A stretch of 47,616 nucleotides of DNA from Spizellomyces punctatus DAOM BR117 (GCA_000182565.2 KQ257463.1), one strand, 5' to 3'; shown: positions 12,211 through 24,224, counted from the first letter of the stretch. Numbers and translations: made by a program. Notes: generated by a model from the letters alone, not told the origin.

Positions 12211-13691
12211 GAAAGGCAAAGAGCGTGAAGCATGGGAAGAGTAGAAGCCCAAGTCGAATGCGCCAACTCACCTCAACCTGGTGCCACCCTGCACTTTACT
12301 TCTTTGACGACACGCATTACCAGGCCTCCCGCGCCGAGCCGTAACGCGGCCAACCGAGCCATTTCAGTTCTTCTTTGACGGCGCGGACCAACAAGCCGAG
12401 TCGTGTCGTGAACCATCCGGGCCATTTCACTTCTTTGACGGCGCGGACCAACTAGCCGAGTCCTTTTCTCAACTTGCTTGACGACATGGACCAACAGGCC
12501 GGGCCGTGTCGTGGAACCTACGTGCCGGTCGGTGGAAGCGGACATCGTGGTGGATGTTTCTGAAATGTAGAAAGATGAAGCTGATGCACCAGTGCAAGTA
12601 GAATCAAATAGACTTACTTGTAATTGTCTCCAAGGAGCAGAAGGAAGGTCGAGGTCGCCGTGATCGCTTCGCAGGGGCCGTGGTCGAGATTGCCGTAGTC
12701 GCTTGCCGTGGTCGAGATCGCCGTGGTCGCTTCGCACTAGTGGAGTGAAAGACCGTGATCGAGGACTGAAAGGCAAAGAGGGTGAAGCATGGGAAGAGTA
12801 GAAGCAAAAGTCGAATGCTCGCCAACTCACCTCAGGCTAGCCTGGTGCCACCCTGCACTTTACTTGTTTGACGGCACGTATTACCAGGCCCACCGCGCCG
12901 GGCTGTTTACTTGTTTGACGACGGGCCATCCGCCGGGCAGTAACGTCGGGAACCACGGGCCATAACGCGTTCCTACGAGCCTTTTACTTCTTTGACGACA
13001 TGGACCAACGCCGGAGGTAGAGATTGCCCGTGGCCGCTTCGCACTTGTGGGTGAGAGACCGTGATCGAGTGTTAGACTCGGTTGAAAGCCAAAGAAGATG
13101 ATGCAGAATACTTACTTCATTCGCCAACCTTCAGCGCCTCCGCCTAGCGCGTTGGACTCGGTACGAGCCGACGTCCGACGCCGACTCGTCGGCAGCCTCT
13201 CTATAGTCGGGGGTTCGCTTCGCACTTGTGTGGTCGCTTGCCGTGGTCGCTTCGCACTTGTGCCGTGGTCGCTTGCCGTGTTCGCTTCGCACTTGTGCCG
13301 TGGTCGAGATCGTCGTGGCCGCTTCGTACTTGTGGAGTGAGAGACCGTGGTCGAGTCTGAAAGGCAAAGAGCGTGAAGCATGGGAAGAGTAGAAGCCCAA
13401 GTCGAATGCACCAACTCACCTCAGCCTGGAGCCACCCTTCACTTTACTTCTTTGACGACACGCATTACCAGGCCACCCGCGCCGAGCCGTAACGCGGCCA
13501 ACCGAGCCATTTCAGTTCTTCTTTGACGGCGCGGACCAACAAGCCGAGTCGTGTCGTGAACCATCCGGGCCATTTCACTTCTTTGACGGCGCGGACCAAC
13601 TAGCCGAGTCCTTTTCTCAACTTGCTTGACGACATGGACCAACAGGCCGGGCCGTGTCGTGGAACCTACGTGCCGGTCGGTGGAAGCGGAC
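12211..13691. repeat. 333-bp near-identical duplication with a third partial copy and short GCCGTGGTCGCTTCGCACTTGT-type repeats
   Basis: 12211-12543 and 13359-13691 differ at about five positions by eye. A more diverged partial copy lies at 12768-12900. Short motif clusters at ~12030-12210, 12650-12760, 13020-13060 and 13215-13350. Confidence 0.95.
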
Positions 13692-13737
13692 GTCGAGGAG
13701 CCGATGGTCGATAGTGCCGGACGTTGAGGAGCCGAAG

Positions 13738-13887
13738 GACCGATGCTTGAAGACTGAAGGGGCGACCGATGCTTGAAGACTTGAAGACCGAGAGGCGACC
13801 GATGCTTGAAGACTTGAAGACCGAGAGGCGACCGATGCTTGAAGACTTGAAGACCGAGAGGCGACCGATGCTTGAAGACTGAGAGGC
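13738..13887. repeat. 33-bp minisatellite
   Basis: GACCGATGCTTGAAGACTTGAAGACCGAGAGGC is perfect at 13764, 13797 and 13830, with shortened units at 13738 and 13863. Confidence 0.95.
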
Positions 13888-13930
13888 GGAAGACGAGGAT
13901 AACTGACTGGGGGAAGGCGAGAAAGGGTGC

Positions 13931-13939
13931 CTTTTTATA
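13931..13939 (-). promoter_or_regulatory. TATA box
   Basis: TATAAAAAG on the minus strand upstream of the repeat-built unit. Confidence 0.5.
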
Positions 13940-14037
13940 ACTTTTCAGAGGCCCCCCGGATGCGGAGAAAAAAAAACCCCCAATGCCCCATTTTTTCGTT
14001 TTTTCTTCTCGAAAGAATTCCGTGTTCAGAAGATGAA

Positions 14038-14104
14038 GTCATATGGCATGCCAATATACGCAAAGATCAGGAAGATAAGGTCATATGGCATGCCAATATA
14101 CGCA
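14038..14104. repeat. 25-bp exact direct repeat containing palindrome TGGCATGCCA
   Basis: GTCATATGGCATGCCAATATACGCA at 14038-14062 and 14080-14104 (42-bp period). Confidence 0.9.
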
Positions 14105-14986
14105 GAGAGAAGGTCAGGGGTAGGAGATGGCGCGCGATTCGCGTAGAAAATTGGCCCAGGAGGAAGGGACGCGAAGGACGTCGAGATGGATTGGATAATC
14201 GACTGCTCTTTGATATGAATCTCCAGAGGACGACGAGGACGACGAGGACGATGCGCTTGCTCATATTAGTGGTTGCTGTCGTCTTTTAACGGGTTTTCCT
14301 GCTTTTTTTCTGCATTTCAACGAGCAAAAAAGTGTGAAATCCGGACGAAATTCGGACGAAATTCCAGCAAAATCAGTCGCGCGTGCGTGCATTACGTACG
14401 CGAGGAAGTGTTCAAAAGATCCGCCAGGAGAAGAAGGAGGCCATCGATGGAAGACCAATATTGGGGCGAATGCAACACAAACGAACGTCATCCTCATTTC
14501 AAATCGTTAATTAGCAAAGGGATTGGAAGAAAGAAGAACGATGGGGAGAGATGTGACGAAGAGAAGCTGCGGGCAATGAGTCAGTTGGAGGGGGGTAAAG
14601 CAGACGAGGAAGTCCCCCCGCAAAGAAACTCACCCAAATGGTCCTTCCAATATGTCTTTGCAGTAGTCTTTGTGTTGGAGTAAAGTGCGGGGGCGAACCA
14701 GAGCATGCTTTGTGCAGACCGCACAGACAAGGCGTAGACCGCTCACAGCGAAAAGAGAAACGAGGCAAACTGTTTACAGCGTCATGTATGCTCGCTCGAA
14801 TATCCTTGAATTCCTTCAGAATTCCTTCCAAAATAAAAGACAACACACTATTCTCAAAGTTCATCCTTGAACGGAAAACGACCTGCGTTGGAAGGGTTGG
14901 GAGGAAAAAAAAACGGGTCCATCACTCGGTCGGATGACGCGTTCGGACACCCGTCACTCTGTGCAAAAAGCTGTTTTCAAACAAGG

Positions 14987-15258
14987 GCGAGCTGCTCAAG
15001 AAAGAAGGACTTTCGAGGTGAACAAGGCTTTCTACAATAACGAATCTGTCTAGCCCGAGTACTAAAGAGTGCTCTAACCCTAACCCTGTAGGGAGGATCG
15101 CCGCCTATACGTAAAGTTTCCGCAAGACCCAAACCAACAAAGCGCTGCAGCGTTCTCGGCGACTCCAGTTGTGAACCCAAGTTTTCCCAACGGTTGAACG
15201 TATAGACGCTTGACGGGAGCATTCGGGAGCTTTCTGTTCACTTGTGAAGCCAGCTCGC
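14987..15258 (+). ncRNA. Structured RNA; candidate telomerase RNA template/pseudoknot core
   Basis: Nested helices 14987-14994/15251-15258, 15016-15032/15226-15243 and 15041-15050/15212-15225 enclose hairpin 15057-15074, then TAACCCTAACCCT (15075-15087), then crossing stems 15092-15103/15157-15166 and 15105-15112/15198-15205. G-U pairs mostly favour the + strand. Confidence 0.5.
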
Positions 15259-15480
15259 AATCGCCATACCTTTATTCCCACGAGCCACCAGAAACAGTCG
15301 TTTTAAAAACACATAAATACAAGTCCATTTCTCAAGAATAAATATCCTCAAGTTCCATCGGCCATTTGCCGAGTCCCTACAACCGTTCGCCTGCCTAAGC
15401 TAGTCCACCGATCCTCCCTCTTTGCGCGCTTTTCCACAGCCGAATTTCCTACTCTACTACTCTACTCTGTTGTCCACCTC

Positions 15481-18400
15481 TCAGTTCGATCCTCCATGAA
15501 CAGCTCCAAATCCATTGGATTTCGCTTCCTGATCATGTTGTCTCTGTCGCTGTCGGAACGCTGCGTGCGCATCTTGGATCTCTTGGATGTACTTGTGAAG
15601 TTTTCGCATGCTTACTGGCTTCATGGTGTGGGACAGTGATTTGAGTACTCAGAAAACCGTATGAGAATCGAAATGAGCCCACCTTTGTCAAAAACAGATC
15701 CGCACCAGCCGCCAAAGCAGCTCTCTCATCCTCTGGGTTATCCAATCCAGTCATAACGACAATATTGGTTCGCGGGTGTGGCGTAACGTTTGAACTGCTC
15801 CCTCTCTCGGCAAGGTTGGCTTCTATGGACTCTTTATCGAGAGCGCGAATAGAGGACGTTGCGACGATGCCATTCATTACGGGCATCTGAACATCCATAA
15901 GGATCTGATCAAAGAATGGCATTCATTTTCTTTATGCAAATATGGGCAAATCGCACCAAACACTTACCAATCGGTGCTGCCTCTCACGCCAAGCATCCAC
16001 CGCTAGCTGACCGTTTTCAACAATATCATGTGGGAGGTTCTTGCGGGTGAGAAAGGTGGATAGAATTCGCTGATTGACTGGCACAGTACATGATATTAGC
16101 TTTTTAGATTAGATATAGTAGGCTATTCACTATGCCACTTACTGGCATTGTCCTGGTAATAATAAACGACATCCACAGTCAATGAGAACTGTTAATTGAG
16201 CCAAGGATCATGAATGGATGAACCGCTCCTACCTCTGCGATCAAAATCCTAAATTCATCGATGGCCTCTTCACTGCTGCCCTCACTCCGGTCAGTTATGC
16301 TATTGTTGTCCGATGCACTATCTCCATTTTCTCGAACTGTTATACAACTGTCCGTCCGTTCCCTCGTCAATCCATTCATCTCATACTGCTGCTTCATCTG
16401 GTCCATTTCCAATTCTGCGTCGAGTTTCCCGCGAGTTGCAATCAGATCTCTAAGCGTCGCATCAGAAACGTGCGCCGCTGCTCCAGGTGAATTCATCAAG
16501 ATGTCCCACAAGATGGGCAGAATCTTTGCGGGACCTGCAGGCTTTACCGCAAAACGGATCTAGCAAGAAGAAAACATCATTCTGAGAATGGCTGTCGATC
16601 TTTTCAATTCGTCACAGTCTATTGCATTTACCTGACCGTGCCAAGGAGCGGCCGCTTGGCAGACTTCTTGAAAGTTTTGGAGTGCCGTGAAATAGATGAT
16701 GACGGGCCGCTACAAGAGTTATATGTGAAAACGAACTTCAGTCTGTGCGTAAACTGATAAGTACTTACGTCTTTGGTGTGCGAGATCCTATCTAGCCACC
16801 GCAACTGCCCAACTTCATCGTCTAGGACGAGGATATCGAAAGCTTTCCATTTCTTGCACTCGGCCCCGATATCGACATTATCGACGTCTGAATAGTCCCA
16901 TCGTGCCTCTATCGTCTCAAAAGGAACACCCCATCTCGTTAAATACATGCCCAACCGAGTTCTACCCAGGGAATCGCCTTCCGATTTCCATACTCCAAGT
17001 TTAACGCTGTCAATACGCTCTATAAATTTTTTGCGTTCTGAAACCGGACAGGAAAAGAATTCGCCATCTAAGCGTTGCAGATCTGCATCCACCCAGCTAG
17101 TGTCGGATGGGTAAAACAGATCGATGGTAATTGTTATCGTTGTGCCTGGAGGAGGGACATTGACCTAGTTAAAAAGACATGATGACATAAAGTTCATTTC
17201 ATCCATTCAACCTTGACCCACGACACTATCCACTTCGATTGTTCCACCCATCTCATCCAATAATGTCTTGACGATAGACCTTGAGATAAACAAAAACGGT
17301 TGATGGTACGCCGGTAGGGACTTGTTAAGTTGAACACTCACATTCCCAATCCTGTCCCTTCCACTGCCTTGATCAAACGATCCTTGTTCGTAGCTTCCTG
17401 CTCAAATGGCGCAAACATCTTTTCCAAAAAGCTCTCCGCCATTCCGCATCCACTGTCCGAAATTCGAAATGTCACACGTCGTTTGTGATGGTAATCAGTT
17501 TCAGGCTCATCGTCAACTGAACAGGGACGCAAGTCTGCTGTTTTTATTTCTTCCAACGATGATTTGTCAGACTCTTGATCGTCTGCATCAGAAAATGACT
17601 CTTCATTTGCGTCCGATGGCTTGTTCTCTTTGGAACACCCATTGCTGCATGTTGGCCGCAATTGTCTCGGGCGGTCGCATGCACATGAATTGCAAGCTGC
17701 TTTAGGGGCGGCCTCCTTGAGGGGATTACTTTCTGGAGGAGCCTCTGTATCGGTGATGATGAGGTCAACCGCACCGACCTGCGTAAACTTGATGCTGTTG
17801 CCCAATAGCTACAAGACAACTTTGTTAGTACTACGTTCGTGTGCCTTGTCAACAATGCTTACATTCACGAGAATCTGTCGTAGGCATCCTTCAGAACTAA
17901 TGGTTCGCCTAAAATATGGTGAGAGGGACTCTAACCAGTTCACATTTCAGTAATTGGGCTAAGGCTAAAGTCGTTAATAAAAGACACGAACTCACCGAGA
18001 AAGAAGCTCATTGTAATACCCTTTTTAAATCCCACCGGACCCAAACTAGATAGGACCTCTTCAATGAGCTTGAACTGGTAAAATGACATGGAAATTGTTA
18101 ACAATAAATAAACGCTCGTTAACATATTCTTCTTACCAAATCAAACTCGTAGACATTCTCACATTGTTTTGCACCACTTTCTGCTTTGCTGTAGACCAAG
18201 ACTGTGCCCATGGCTTTAGCGATACCTTTTGCAATGTAGACAAAGTGTGTGCCTACCTTGGTTTATAATCCCCAGCAAGTTCTGACCGGAGCACTCTTGG
18301 AGGGTTCACGAGTCAGTTGGGCGGCAAAATAGATGCAAACTCACAATCGCAAGTTCACCTATGGTACTTAATAAGGTCCGTTGCGAATCATTTGTACATA

Positions 18401-19940
18401 AGTCGTTCAAGAGCTCTACGTTTGCGAGTATCCCGTGCAATGGTCTATCGAGGCAAACCGAGGGTCAAAAAAGAGCCCGTCATATGCAATGACAACGAAA
18501 TATACGATACGTTACGTCCTAAGTTCATGGGACATTGAAGAGATAAACTGAATTACAGTCAAAAGAAACTTCAGCAAGAAAATTCAATCACACATTGAAA
18601 GCAAGTGCAAACGTAACGCACCCTGCTTTTGGCTTGATTCGCCTCCCGCTCGTGTTGAACGTCGTCTTGTAATCTTTTTTGGCACTTCATGAGCTGGTCA
18701 AAGGACCCCAGGACGTAAAATCCGCAAGTGATGACATATATGTCCCCCAGCACCCAGTACCACTGATGTGATTCCAGAGGTGGGAGTTGCCGACCTGAAA
18801 ATGGCGACACTGTGTGAGTGCCGCTTAATCATCTTTGTGAATTGCTTGCAATATCCCACCAAGGCTCCAGTAAAAAGACCACATATACAGCAAGACGGTG
18901 ATGTATCCGACATGGGTTCCAAACTTGCGATCGACCAGAAAGTATCCAAACGGCGGGCCAATCAGGAATCCAGAATGCCTGTGACATTAAATTGCAATAT
19001 GTGTGATGATCTGGCTGAAATCAATGAAGGAAATTGTCAGCTACGCACCCCAGTTTCCAAAACGCATCCGATACCATGCAAATGAAGGTAAACAAAGCTG
19101 TGACGGAGGTTAATCTTCCTTTTCGCGATCATCGGCGCCACGCAAGCAATTACCAAGAATAAAGAAAATAGCGATCTTGGCACACAGTCGAATATCTATC
19201 TAAATGCCATTCTGCGTAAGACACATAAGGTCTTACAAGTGTTGATACAGGCGATGGTATCATACTTTATCGGAACGGACACCCGCCAAGCAAGCAGAGA
19301 AAATGATTGTTCCCGAAAATGTCAGCGGGTCCATAATCTGAGAAGGTCTGAGTTGATCGCGTCTGAAAGCGGGAGAGGTATAATGCTTACAGATAGGTAT
19401 GCTGGTGGAACACTGTATCCTATTGATGTCGCAGCATTTTAGAAAAATCCGAATAAGGCAACGGCCACAGTAAATGGGAATTTACGACGTACCACTCTTG
19501 GCTTTCATTATCACAAGGACCAAGTCCTGTACGGTGAAGAAGGCCTTCCAAGAGATCACCGATTATTATCCACAATGAAGTAGGATACAGATGTGTGCGC
19601 TTATGGAATTGTACCATTGTAACAAGGGTTGTAAGCAGCAGGCACACTGTGATGCGTGTCTGCAGCAGCTGGCGCATCGCTTCAAAGTCATCTCCAGATC
19701 CAACACGTTTGCGCTTTATTCGCTTTGGTATGAAGAAATCGATGCCATAGATGATGACCCCCAAGACCTTAAACCGTACGCTAGTTTCGACAATCATTGA
19801 TATTTGAGAGGGTATATGTGCACATTGCCTAGCACCTGTAAGGTAGTGTACCTGTCTGCGCCTGAACCCTGGTTTCCTCGGGGAAGTACAGGCTCATAAC
19901 TTGACCTTTTGCGCATGTTCTTTGGAGACCAGATGGACAT
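15481..19940 (-). CDS. Membrane-bound hybrid histidine kinase (TM region, HisKA, HATPase_c, degenerate receiver-like region, receiver)
   Basis: Spliced H-box ANQAKSR|FISSMSHELRT; N-box GNSIKFT; G1 DSGCGM; F-box FAPFEQ; G2 GTGLG; receiver ILIAE|DNAI|NQRIL...ILMDVQMPVMNG...MTG...FLTK|PV. Stop at 15481-15483. Start 19940 inferred by splicing. Confidence 0.93.
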
Positions 19941-20448
19941 CAATTAAAAAGATCGAACTCGAATGGGCAGTTTGATTGCTGATGGTAAGAAAACCCTTTG
20001 AGTCCCCTCCAATATGAAGCGGGAAGAGCCCCATTTCACACTCATTATAAAATCACCATTCGTCGTGAGGTCGGAGCAATCCAATCGAGGCTCTAATAAT
20101 CATGACGTCGGCTTATGTAAGCACCTGCGCCACACATTCCGATCCTGATGCGAAGCTATCGTTATTTACCAGTAGGGCTTTTAATGTCGCCCCCGCTGTT
20201 CGCCAACCCTTCCGGCCAAGCTAAATATAGCGGACAATTGAGGATCATCTCCTTTTGTCTCCCGCCATCTATATATAGCATGATATTGCTGGCCATGGAA
20301 AGCAGCCTCAGCGGTTGGATGCCCTTTTTGGGTGTTGCTGGGCGACTTATCGCCTTCGTAGGGGAACGTTTGGGTTCTACATTGCTCGGGCTGGTTCCCT
20401 GCTGTCTTTTTCTAACATCATCTTGCTCCCCATCAACATCTCCTAGAA

Positions 20449-22877
20449 ATGGTGCTTCTTCCGTACGCAAATTCTACAGCTTTTGGTATGCTCGAACTTT
20501 CCATGACACATGTCTGATAAACAGGATCACTGATCGGGAATCATTATTGATTATTAGAAGAGACATGGCCGACATGTTACAAGATTGTTCTGTCCATCTT
20601 GACACTGTTTTGGGCTGTGACAACAGGACTTTTCATCATACGACGAAAGTCTCAGTTTATGGCGGGTAGGGAAGTAGGCTGGACCCTCGTTCAGGTAAAT
20701 TGACCCCAGCTGTCAACGAACATTTAGCCATAATATAATGAACTCAGTACATGTCTTCCCTTCCAGGCAGCAGCAGGGTGGCTGGCGGTAGCTACATCTT
20801 GCTTGACAAAGATCTACTTTAGTCAGCCCTGTTTCATACAGCTATGGGCTTACAATTTGACGGGAATGGTGTGGTGTCTAGCGATGCTTGTAAGAGGGTA
20901 AGATGTTTGCGCATTGCTGATTATTCCTCCATCCTCCCATTGATATCTTGTTATAGCATAAAGTTCTACTTCCAAGTACAGCTGAATCATGTCAGACTGT
21001 TTGGGACAGGCAGTCTTGAAAAAATACCCACCTCCTTAAGCGAAGAACCTTCTTCCACGTCTACCCGAGTCAGGACTGCTAGCCTTCGTGACAAGCCCAC
21101 CATAATGCGAGGATTGTACCTACCGTCGTCAATACCACCGTCGCCAGTATCTAACTCGAGTGATTATGGAGTCATAGATCCGTCAATTGCCTCTGTTTCT
21201 CGCATGGGCCGGCGGTTTGAAGGCTCTTACAATTTTGAAGCCAGAGATACCCTAAGAGGGATGCGAAGCAACTGGTGGTGGACCAATCGAGAGAGGTCCA
21301 CAGATAGATACCTGCTTTTTTGGTTTGGAGTGATTATGGGAGTGGACGTGGTGGGAATGGTGTTGGTTCAGGTACGGAGTACATTGGGTTCATACTTTCT
21401 GCCATATATGTGTCTGATTGATATAAATCATCTTACTTAGATATTCACGAAGACGTTCCAGATATGGCCGACAGTCGCGATTTCTCCCGGGTGTGTATCC
21501 CAATGGGAGGTAAGAGGACCTGCCTGGGAGACGCATTTGTAACTCATCATTAGCTTAATTGCCCATCTTCGGTACCACTAGTACTTGCCACAATTTCTAG
21601 GCACGTTTCTCTATTATACCATAGCGTGTCCAATAGTGTTATGGAGGTTGCGGTCTGTTAGAGATAATTATGGTGTTCGCAATGACTTGCTCATTAGCGT
21701 GCTTACCACCCTGCCGCTGTTTACGGTGAGTCCGCGCACCGCAAGTGCTTCTGGATTTCTAAAATAACGCAAGTTAAGTAGATGTTCCTGGCATGGCGTT
21801 ACATTCCGCGGACCGCATACCTTTCGTGGCATCCACACAATTGGTACATACTTGGGTTGATGGTGGCCCATACAATATCCGTTCTATATCCGGTCATTCA
21901 GTCCTATCGAGACGAACGAATCCGTGCCAAAATGGTTTTACTTCACAATATGACGAGCTTCGCACAAGTTTTAAGCGACAAGGCAATATGGGACCAATTT
22001 AAAACTTATATGGCAGCAGGTAGAGCTGAACAACCTTTAGGATCGTATAGGTGATCCCGCTTCTCACAACAGCCCGTTTGATTCGCAGATTTCTGTGTCG
22101 AGAACGCTCTCTTTTTCGAAGCATACCAGGAGCTTCTTGTCATCGCGGCAGCAGCGTTTGCACGTGCCAACATTGTTATTCCCGGAATGCCCCATCATGG
22201 ATCAGCTCTCGCCACATCGACCATCCGTAGCGGGAAGATTTTCAACGATCTTCTCCGTCGCCGGGCGTCGATGAGCGGAGGAGGATACCCGCAAATTTGT
22301 TCCTTGACCCGCAATCGCGCTCCAAGTACCACCCCAAGTTCACGACTTTCCAGCACTAACAGTAGCTCATCACCGCAAATTGAGACCACTGCTCCCGCAT
22401 CCAAGCCTTGCACTTCCCACGAGAATGAGCAAGTTGGCGGGCCCCTTCCCGTCTTTGTTGACATGCCCGTTCCAGAATCAGCTCGTGCGCTGTATAAAGC
22501 ATTTTATGAAAATTACTTGGAACCTGGTGCGCCGTATGAAGTCAATCTGCCTTCAAACATTCGGGACCAAGTCCAGCATGCGTTGAGCGAAGATAAGATA
22601 ACTGTAGGGATGTATGATGCCGCAAAGGACGAGGTGGTCCAGATTATGGTAAATACAGTCGTTCAAGTCTGTAAACCGATCATGTTACTCAAGAATTGGA
22701 ATCTAGTTTCTCAATAGCTTTCCCACGTTCCTGCATGCAATCCGCAACCAGGGACAGTACACGGTAGACATTGCAGGCTCTGTTGACATTAAGGACATAC
22801 ATGAACCAGACATCGGTGTGGACAGTGGAATGGAAAAGGGGACCGCTCAAGTGTCCATGGGATCCGGGGAACCGTAA
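20449..22877 (+). CDS. 7TM-RGS receptor (GprK/AtRGS1-like architecture)
   Basis: Spliced N-terminus ...LFIIRRKSQFMAGRE...QPCFIQLWAY...RDNYGVRNDL with multiple TM helices. RGS domain: FAQVLSDKAIWDQFKTY..DFCVENALF...YENYLEPGAPYEVNLPS...YDAAKDEVVQIM|FLNSFPTFL. Confidence 0.88.
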
Positions 22878-24224
22878 ATGGTCTACAGGCACCCATATTC
22901 AGTAGCATGATATCACTGCTCTCTGATTCACCGCAATTACATGTATTTATTTCTGTAAATATGATAAAAACCAAGGTTCCTCAGATATCTCTACCGTACT
23001 GCATAACTTTGCCGTATATCCGTAGATCAGGTGTATACACCTGCCGACCGTCTCCAAAAAAGCTCTATTTTACTCGGTAATCTACTGGGAAATTTGGGAT
23101 GTTCGGATCTCAATCTCGGCACGCGTAGTAAATGAACATCAACCATTCCTATTCCCGATGGTAACGCTTGCAGCCAGCTGGTTTGTCGCCAATTGCCCAT
23201 TGCCTGCCCGATTGCAAATGGTATTCCTAGCATTTTAATTGACAGATTTGTAAAAAGTGACGAGGATGAGTTCTATCGTCAGGTAGGTTTTCGGAAATCC
23301 AACGCCCAAGTTCATCAGACGACGACAAGTTCCCCGGATCCACAATCGATCACGTATGACTTGTACAAGTATTTTAAACCTGGACAAAGCGCCGACGTGT
23401 AAACTCTCTGAAAGATCCCTGTACCATTCCAGCTGATGCCCTATGACTTGGAGGAAGGCTAATAAGGAGGATCCGAGTGATGAACTTCCTTCTTGGCAAA
23501 ATGTAGTCTCGATACGATGTCCAGCTGCCAAGTTGCCAACAACATGCAAGAGATGCTTATATCTCGATTTGTGAAGCTCTAGTCCTTTTGCTTCTACATC
23601 TTGACAACGCTGTGCCCAGTAAGTGCTTTAAAACATGATGCTGATACTCTCCAGGCTGCGCAGAGGTCGAGTCCTTTTAGACGAGGCAGCGATTAATAGT
23701 TGGTGCTAATTGGTCGAAGAGACCGTTCAGAGACACGCCTGCCTGCATCTTTGCACATGTCCCTTGGATATCTGCTTGCACTGTGTATGACGTAATTCTC
23801 AAATATTGGAAACGCTGCAAGATGGCTCGGGCATTATCCTTTGCTATTATACAGTTGGCCAATCTGAGAGATTTGTTTGATCCATCTGGCCAGGTTCGCT
23901 TGTAATAGCTTGCAGCCGAAATCAAAGCCCGACGTGTTGAGCTTGTCACAATGCAGCAAGATAATTGCTGTTTCTACAGATACATTCGGAGATACAAGTC
24001 CACAGCATCCACTACCAATTGTGTTTGATAACAGGGAACAGCAGGTTCTTACGTCCAGCGTCGCAGCATCAAAAGAAACAAGTAATGTCCTGGTAAGATC
24101 CTGTTCAAAAGTTGTCCGAAGCCCGACGAACTGAGTCCGAATGGCTCCGTGTGCTGTGCCACTCATCTCCGTGCCTTTGAGCCTTGAGCCTCAAACGACT
24201 TTGAGATCTCCCATTGGCGCACAC

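Larger units (their letters stand above)
11861..13939 (-). ncRNA. Putative spliced, repeat-built transcript (lncRNA or decayed gene)
   Basis: Minus-strand TATAAAAAG 13939-13931; GTRAGT...pyrimidine tract...CAG introns at 13357-13419, 12766-12830, 12560-12617 and 12208-12271; AATAAA at 11866-11861. No long spliced ORF found. Confidence 0.45.

Noticed and set aside
13738-13887. CRISPR-like appearance of the 33-bp repeats
   Set aside because: No unique spacers, no cas genes, eukaryotic context; it is a minisatellite.
14987-15258. Structured segment as RNase P/MRP, SRP RNA or group I intron
   Set aside because: CR-I/CR-V, SRP helix-8 and P/Q/R/S consensus motifs were not found in the required order by eye. 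An Rfam scan is still needed.
23027-24166. Possible minus-strand gene between the RGS receptor and TACO1
   Set aside because: Protein-like fragments and one GTAAGA donor, but no consistent spliced frame could be built.
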